Assembly: GCA_002428885.1 (NCBI GenBank)
Contig: DIYE01000338.1
Location: 1-61,387 of the forward strand
Direction: 5' to 3'
DNA length: 61,387 bases
Source of the DNA: Alphaproteobacteria bacterium UBA6062
GTDB taxonomy: Bacteria; Pseudomonadota; Alphaproteobacteria; Sneathiellales; Sneathiellaceae
The notes beneath the pieces were generated by a model, which saw only the letters and a list, made by a program, of their open reading frames with translations, was not told the DNA's origin and did not search any database. Below are positions 55,845-61,387 of the stretch, one piece after another (the stretch's first letter is position 1; each line of letters begins with the position of its first letter). Made by a program: the position numbers and the translations under genes.

Positions 55845-56594
55845 TTAGCCGCGACCGATAAAGGGCATGGCTGTCGCCATAACCGTCATAAACTGCACAT
55901 TGGCGTCCAGGCTGAGGCTGTCCATGTAAAGGACGGCGGACGCTACATTCTCCACATCCATCACCGGCTCCGGCTTGATCTCCAGATTGGCTTGCGGAAC
56001 GCCCTGCTGCATCACCTCAGTCATATCCGTTGCGGCATTTCCGATATCAATCTGACCACAGGCAATATTATAGGGTCGCCCATCCAGAGAAAGACATTTG
56101 GTCAGGCCGGTAATAGCATGTTTCGTCGATGTGTAAGGAGAGCTGAAGGGGCGCGGGGCATGAGCCGATATGGAACCGTTATTAATGATCCGTCCGCCCA
56201 TAGGGTCCTGCTTTCTCATCATGCCGAACGCAGCCCTGGCACAATAATAGGAGCCGTTGAGATTGGTATTCACGGCAGCATGCCAGGCATCCAGCGGCAA
56301 TTCATCCACCAGAACCGGCGCTGCCCCCACACCGGCATTGTTAAACAGAAGATCCAGCCTTCCATACTGTTCTTGTGTTTTTACGAACAGGTTTTCAACA
56401 CTGTCAGGATCACAAACATCCGCCGGAATACAGAGAGCATTCCCTGCAGATGAACCGGCAAGCTCCCGGGTTTCTTCGAGTTTGTCAGCCCGCCGTCCTG
56501 TCAGAACCACAGTGTAATCATTCTCAAGCAGCTTAAGGGCGACAGCCCGGCCGATACCGGCACTGGCGCCGGTTACAAGTGCAATCTTGCTCAT
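55845..56594 (-). CDS. SDR family oxidoreductase
   Basis: [23 protein letters not shown]. Confidence 0.93.
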   Translation of the reverse strand: MSKIALVTGASAGIGRAVALKLLENDYTVVLTGRRADKLEETRELAGSSAGNALCIPADVCDPDSVENLFVKTQEQYGRLDLLFNNAGVGAAPVLVDELPLDAWHAAVNTNLNGSYYCARAAFGMMRKQDPMGGRIINNGSISAHAPRPFSSPYTSTKHAITGLTKCLSLDGRPYNIACGQIDIGNAATDMTEVMQQGVPQANLEIKPEPVMDVENVASAVLYMDSLSLDANVQFMTVMATAMPFIGRG

Positions 56595-56630
56595 GAGCTC
56601 TTCCTCAGTAAATCGTTCAGGGTCCTGCCC

Positions 56631-57992
56631 CTAGTTTTTCGCCAGCAATGCCGCCCGCTTTTCCGCTTGCCCGGCCACCAGCCGTCTTTTACGGGGAGCA
56701 GTCATCCAGACGGACATGATGGAAATCAGGCAAACGCCGAAAGCCAGCCAGAAGGCGATACGATAGTTGCCGTAAATGTCATACAGATATCCCGTGACCC
56801 AGGGTCCAATGCCACCGCCCATAAGAGCAATCAGACTGACAACACCCAGGATCTCGCCATATCGGCGCCCCTGGAAAAGGTCGGCCGGCATGGATCCAAA
56901 AACGGCGGCCAACGCATAACCCAGTGCGCCTTGCACAATGACCATGCCATAGAGGATAACCGGGTTATTTTCATATTCCATCACCAGCAGAAGCAGGTAA
57001 CAGATCGCAAACCCTGCTGAGGAAAGCGTCCAGATCCATTCCCGTCCGATACGATCAGACAGATGCCCGAAATAGATTTGTCCGACAATGCCTGCAAATC
57101 CCACCAGCCCCAGTGCAAAAGAGGCCTCAATCGGGGAAATCCCGGTTTCCAGCAGATATTTTGTCTGGTGAACCTGCACGGCATACCAGACATAAAGACC
57201 GCTGCTGCAAGTGATACAAAGCCACCAGAAAGATCCGGTTTTGACAGCTTTTCCAAGGGACCAGTCGGTATTTACCCAGTCTTTATCGACAACCGGATCG
57301 GCAATCGGTTTCTGCAGATTGCTACCGCCCTCCTCTGTATGTACATGCCCATCCGGCAGCAATCCCAGTTCCTGAGGGTTTTTACGCTGCAACACCAGAT
57401 TGAGGGGTACGACAACAATCACCAGCAATGTCGCCATCAGCCAGCAGGCGGCCCGCCAGCCTTCTTCTGTAATGGTCGACTGGATAAGCGGCATCAAGAA
57501 GATGGAACCGATCCCCACACCGGAGAAAGCGAGACCAATCGCAAGACCTCGTTTCTGTTCGAACCAGGCGGGCAAAAACATGGAATGCCCCACATAGGTC
57601 ATGACAACCCCGGTGCCGATCATCATCACACCCAGGGTCATATAAATGTGCCAGGGTTCCGACGCATAGGTGGAGAGAACCAGGCCAGCGCTGACGAATA
57701 ACGCCGATGCGGAGAGAAGATAACGCGGCGCAGACAAATCCATAAGCCGTCCAACGATCGGGGAGAAAAGTCCCCCACAGATAAATCCGATGGAAAAAGC
57801 AGCAGCGGTAGTCGCCCGGTCCCAGCCATATTCCTGTAAAATAGACGGATACAGCAAGGAGAAAGACGTTCTGACATTAACACCGATTCCCATGGTTATG
57901 AACACAACAGCGACAACAATCCAGCCATAGAAGACAGGCAGCCCTGCAAGCTTTGCGTTCAGTCCGCTTACCTGTTTTCCTGATAATGACAT
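56631..57992 (-). CDS. MFS transporter
   Basis: FYGW start, GRLMD, WF..KRGLA.G, GHLSDRIGR; ~12 TM segments. Confidence 0.92.
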   Translation of the reverse strand: MSLSGKQVSGLNAKLAGLPVFYGWIVVAVVFITMGIGVNVRTSFSLLYPSILQEYGWDRATTAAAFSIGFICGGLFSPIVGRLMDLSAPRYLLSASALFVSAGLVLSTYASEPWHIYMTLGVMMIGTGVVMTYVGHSMFLPAWFEQKRGLAIGLAFSGVGIGSIFLMPLIQSTITEEGWRAACWLMATLLVIVVVPLNLVLQRKNPQELGLLPDGHVHTEEGGSNLQKPIADPVVDKDWVNTDWSLGKAVKTGSFWWLCITCSSGLYVWYAVQVHQTKYLLETGISPIEASFALGLVGFAGIVGQIYFGHLSDRIGREWIWTLSSAGFAICYLLLLVMEYENNPVILYGMVIVQGALGYALAAVFGSMPADLFQGRRYGEILGVVSLIALMGGGIGPWVTGYLYDIYGNYRIAFWLAFGVCLISIMSVWMTAPRKRRLVAGQAEKRAALLAKN

Positions 57993-58077
57993 GAAATCTC
58001 CGCTATTTTCGGCTGGGGACACCGGCTTGTTATTTTCAAAAAAGGATAAACCGGAATATCCGCAATAGAAAGAGCAA

Positions 58078-58105
58078 TTGACGAATTTCATTCTTCGCCT
58101 ATTAT
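58078..58105 (+). promoter_or_regulatory. Sigma70-type promoter
   Basis: TTGACG (58078-58083), 16 nt spacer, TATTAT (58100-58105). Confidence 0.65.
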
Positions 58106-58110
58106 CGCCG

Positions 58111-58214
58111 ACGGCTTACAGGGACGCCGACCCGCTCAAGATGACATCACCCTGATAGACTTGATTTGAATTTTCCGGATCGTGATCTGACCGGTCAGCC
58201 AGGCGGGAGGCTGT
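58111..58214 (+). ncRNA. Candidate structured 5' leader RNA
   Basis: Nested complementary segments beginning at the predicted TSS (see findings); matches no family I can name. Confidence 0.45.
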
Positions 58215-58236
58215 GTACCGAGATAAGGATCTGACG

Positions 58237-58734
58237 ATGGAAAAACAGGCCCCCAAAGCCCTTAATGAACTGCGGATCAGAGCCAGGCGTTCCCTTAAGT
58301 GGAACCGGCTTTTCAATCCCGATTTGCAATTGAAATCCTCCCTCAAAGCCTTTGCCGTCAAAGCAGGCTTTTCCAATTGGCAACATGCCAGATACTATCT
58401 AGGAGGCACTTGGTCGGACGGCCAGGATGCCGGTAGTTTCTGGTATGCACCTCGCTGCACGACCCTGCTAAACCTGTGGTGCCGTAACCTGGAGGAAGCC
58501 AGGGAGTTGCAACCGGATCATCCTGATTGCCTGTTGCTTCCCTATAAGCGGCAATATGTCCTTGCAAGCCCGGAATATCTGGAGGCTCTTGGCCTTCCTT
58601 CTAAAGTGAGTAACCTTCCAGGAACCAGCAAGCCAGATATGGTAACAGGCTACGGAGGCGTCGAGTGGGATGCTCTATCAATGATGCGCATAAACGCAAT
58701 CTTTGGAACGGAGAAGGTTCGCCTCAACGGCTGA
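58237..58734 (+). CDS. Hypothetical protein with N-terminal helical GFxxW domain
   Basis: RBS AAGGA; LNELRIRAR...AVKAGFSNWQH...FWY...LN.W...LLPYKRQY. Confidence 0.75.
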   Translation: MEKQAPKALNELRIRARRSLKWNRLFNPDLQLKSSLKAFAVKAGFSNWQHARYYLGGTWSDGQDAGSFWYAPRCTTLLNLWCRNLEEARELQPDHPDCLLLPYKRQYVLASPEYLEALGLPSKVSNLPGTSKPDMVTGYGGVEWDALSMMRINAIFGTEKVRLNG

Positions 58735-59452
58735 CTTTCAGGTTACCGGAAACCCGGATTCTCGGGCCTGGCAGGATCAGGCCCGGGCAATTGTGGATAT
58801 AGGAAGTTGCCTGTTTGCGCTCCCCATCCTCTGTATGCCGGGCCTCAACAAAGGCCAAACAATGCGCAATGTCAGGGTGACGGGCGTTTATCTCGTTGAA
58901 TAAACGCCCCCACCACTGTCGTGACTTGCGGGTGATGCGGGCATTTTCTCCGCTTGGAAGGGAGAAAGGCGCCGGAAAATCTGCCACATTACAAAAGACG
59001 AATTTCCGAGCTCTTGAGAAAAGCGTCTCAACGACCCAGCCAAGATCCTCTTCCGGGATATAGTCCACGACATTGGAGGCGATCACACCATCGAACCGGT
59101 ATTTTGCCGATAGAAAGGTCCTGTTAATGGCCGGATCGTAACAGGTGATTTCCCGCACTTTCCAGAAATCATGCAAAGAAGCAGCGATCAGCTTGTCACC
59201 GCGCCGGAATTCTTCTGAATACTGCTTTCCCTTGCCGCTGCCGTAATCCAGCAATGAGACGGATTTCGTCGCCCTGACCAAGCCTCTGATTGAATAGGCA
59301 TATCTGGTCAGGTCGCGGCCAGTAAAGGCTTCCTCAGGGGAAACACGAATAACCTCACCACCGACGCGCCTGCTAAAACCGTTTCGGTGCATCAGACGAT
59401 AATAGTCCAGTATCTGCCGGTATCGGGGGCTCGGATTGTCAGCGGAATACAT
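58724..59452 (-). CDS. Class I SAM-dependent methyltransferase-like protein
   Basis: SLLDYGSGKG, YDPA, FDGVI..V..YIPEED. Confidence 0.8.
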   Translation of the reverse strand: MYSADNPSPRYRQILDYYRLMHRNGFSRRVGGEVIRVSPEEAFTGRDLTRYAYSIRGLVRATKSVSLLDYGSGKGKQYSEEFRRGDKLIAASLHDFWKVREITCYDPAINRTFLSAKYRFDGVIASNVVDYIPEEDLGWVVETLFSRARKFVFCNVADFPAPFSLPSGENARITRKSRQWWGRLFNEINARHPDIAHCLAFVEARHTEDGERKQATSYIHNCPGLILPGPRIRVSGNLKVSR

Positions 59453-59621
59453 AATCTTGATTAAAGCAACTTATTGAAGCGATTGTCAAATTTTCCAACT
59501 CTTGAAGCTTCTTGCAAATCAGTTCCATCCCTTCATTATGTGGCTGGACAGAGTTACCGGGCCTGAGGCAGTATAAACGGCCCGGCGCGTCTTTCACGCC
59601 CCCTAATTCTGGAGTCTTTCC

Positions 59622-60836
59622 GTGTCATCCCCGTCCCGATCCCCCTCAATCGGATATGTTGAACAGGTCATTCTTCTGGCGCTCGTCACATCGCTGATCG
59701 CTTTGTCCATCGACGCCATGTTACCGGCCCTCTCCCATATCGAAAAAGACCTGGCGATACAGGATCCTAATGGACGGCAGTATATCATCGGTATGCTTTT
59801 TGCCGGCATGGCCACCGGGATGTTGATTTACGGCCCTGTCTCAGACAGTACAGGCCGAAAAATACCAATTTATGTTGGTTTTACGATTTTTCTGATCGGT
59901 TGCCTCCTGTCTATATTTGCTACTGATGTTAATACCATGCTGGTGGGACGTTTCCTGCAGGGCCTCGGGGCGGCTGGTCCCAGGGTCGTCTCCATGGCGC
60001 TGATCCGGGATGAATATACGGGCCGGGCGATGGCTCGCTTCATGTCCCTTGTGATGACCGTTTTCATTCTGGTACCGGTTCTCGCGCCGGGACTTGGACA
60101 ACTGATCCTGTTTGTTGCGGACTGGGAGGCCATCTTCGGTGCCATGTTCCTGCTGGGCCTGACAGCCTTCATCTGGTTTTTCTTCCGGCAGCGCGAAACA
60201 CTGCCCAAACCGGATCGCGTAAAGTTTTCCAGCGACAGATTATGGCTGGCTTCCAAAGAAGTTCTTACGACGCCAACCTCTCTCGGATATATGATCCTTT
60301 CCGGCTTCGTTTTCAGCGGCTTTCTGAGCTACCTCTCCATGTCCCAGCAGATTTTCCAGGATCAATATGGCGTCGGCGATATGTTCGCTGTCTATTTCGG
60401 AATTCTGGCAGTGGCTATCGGAGGGGCGTCCCTGGCTAATTCTGCATTGGTCATGAAACTTGGCATGAAGACGCTGATTAACCGAGCTCTCTGGTCCCTT
60501 ACTGTGCTGTCCGCACTCTATCTGGGGGTTACCCTCTTTACCGATGGTTCCCCTCCCTTCTGGAGTCTGATGGTCTTCCTGCTGCTGTCATTCTTCTGCT
60601 TTGGTATTTTATTCGGTAATATCAACGCTATGGCCATGGAACCGCTCGGTCACATTGCCGGGGTTGGATCCGCTATTATTTCTTCAGTTTCAACTTTGAT
60701 GGCAGCCTGTCTGGGGACGCTGATTGCACAGACTTATAACGGTACCATTATGCCCCTCGTTATCAGTTTTACGGGCTTTGGCTTTATTTCCCTTATTGTT
60801 CTGTACATCACAAACACCAAGACACAGGACAACTAA
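59622..60836 (+). CDS. Bcr/CflA family multidrug efflux MFS transporter
   Basis: SIDAMLPAL, GPVSD..GRK, GRFLQG, RD.Y.G..MAR.MS, RETL. Confidence 0.92.
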   Translation: MSSPSRSPSIGYVEQVILLALVTSLIALSIDAMLPALSHIEKDLAIQDPNGRQYIIGMLFAGMATGMLIYGPVSDSTGRKIPIYVGFTIFLIGCLLSIFATDVNTMLVGRFLQGLGAAGPRVVSMALIRDEYTGRAMARFMSLVMTVFILVPVLAPGLGQLILFVADWEAIFGAMFLLGLTAFIWFFFRQRETLPKPDRVKFSSDRLWLASKEVLTTPTSLGYMILSGFVFSGFLSYLSMSQQIFQDQYGVGDMFAVYFGILAVAIGGASLANSALVMKLGMKTLINRALWSLTVLSALYLGVTLFTDGSPPFWSLMVFLLLSFFCFGILFGNINAMAMEPLGHIAGVGSAIISSVSTLMAACLGTLIAQTYNGTIMPLVISFTGFGFISLIVLYITNTKTQDN

Positions 60837-60837
60837 C

Positions 60838-61387
60838 ATGTGGGGAACGATCCGGACAGTTGCCTCCCTGCTGCTGAGTTACGGCCTTCTGCTGCTGGCT
60901 AACGGTATGTTCAGTACGCTTCTTGGCCTGCGCAGCCGCCTGGAGGATTTCTCAACGGAAATAACCGGGATCATCATGGCGGCTTATTTCGTCGGCATGC
61001 TATTCGGCGCTCTCAACGCTGCCAAGGTCGTTGCGAGGGCAGGCCATATCCGGTCCTTTGCCGCCTTTGCCTCCATTATGTCCGTCGCTGTCCTTGCCCA
61101 TATCCTGGTGATCGAACCCGTTGTCTGGGTTTTCCTCAGGGCAATATGCGGTTTCTGTATGGCGGGCATGGTTATGATTGTTGAAAGCTGGCTGAATGAG
61201 CGGTCAACCAATGATAACCGGGGACGGGTCCTCTCTCTTTATATGATGACAAGTTATTTGGGCGGCGGGCTTGGTCAGTTTCTGCTGCCTCTTGCCGACC
61301 CGGCCTCGTTCGAGCTGTTTTCAGTTGCCTCCATTATCTTCTCTCTTGCCCTGGTTCCCATCCTGCTTACCCGGGCGGCGGCTCCCA
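60838..61387 (+). CDS. MFS transporter (YcaD-like), 3'-truncated by window
   Basis: MWGTIRTVASLLL...ANG...GHIRSFAAF...VESWLNE...RGRVLS.YM; open to the window end. Confidence 0.88.
   Translation, partial: MWGTIRTVASLLLSYGLLLLANGMFSTLLGLRSRLEDFSTEITGIIMAAYFVGMLFGALNAAKVVARAGHIRSFAAFASIMSVAVLAHILVIEPVVWVFLRAICGFCMAGMVMIVESWLNERSTNDNRGRVLSLYMMTSYLGGGLGQFLLPLADPASFELFSVASIIFSLALVPILLTRAAAP

Overview
A chromosomal window, probably from an alphaproteobacterium (inferred from gene content and the rng-yacG-tRNA-Phe order). It opens with the 3' end of an RNase E/G gene, yacG and tRNA-Phe(GAA). Directly after the tRNA is an AT-richer three-gene islet with no integrase: an unknown ~433-aa alpha/beta protein with a Cys/His cluster, an Xre/MbcA-type antitoxin and a RES toxin. 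The rest is a patchwork of metabolic, regulatory and transport genes. It includes an 8-gene PspA/YjfI/DUF350/spermidine synthase/K+ channel/rhomboid cluster, egtD-egtB, ppk2, a flavin-dependent halogenase, an amidase and ureohydrolase next to a Liv-type ABC transporter, and a beta-helix/diheme cytochrome pair. The best candidates for undescribed biology are: (1) the tripartite RES islet; (2) a promoter-defined, structured ~125-nt leader RNA ahead of a GFxxW-motif protein at 58.1 kb; (3) a YjfI fused to an RHH-like domain, with a 36-bp palindrome upstream and an internal in-frame start; (4) several apparent pseudo-enzymes. One gene carries an in-frame nonsense codon. No CRISPR array, rRNA, transposase or integrase was seen. 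All family calls come from motif recognition by eye; no searches were run.
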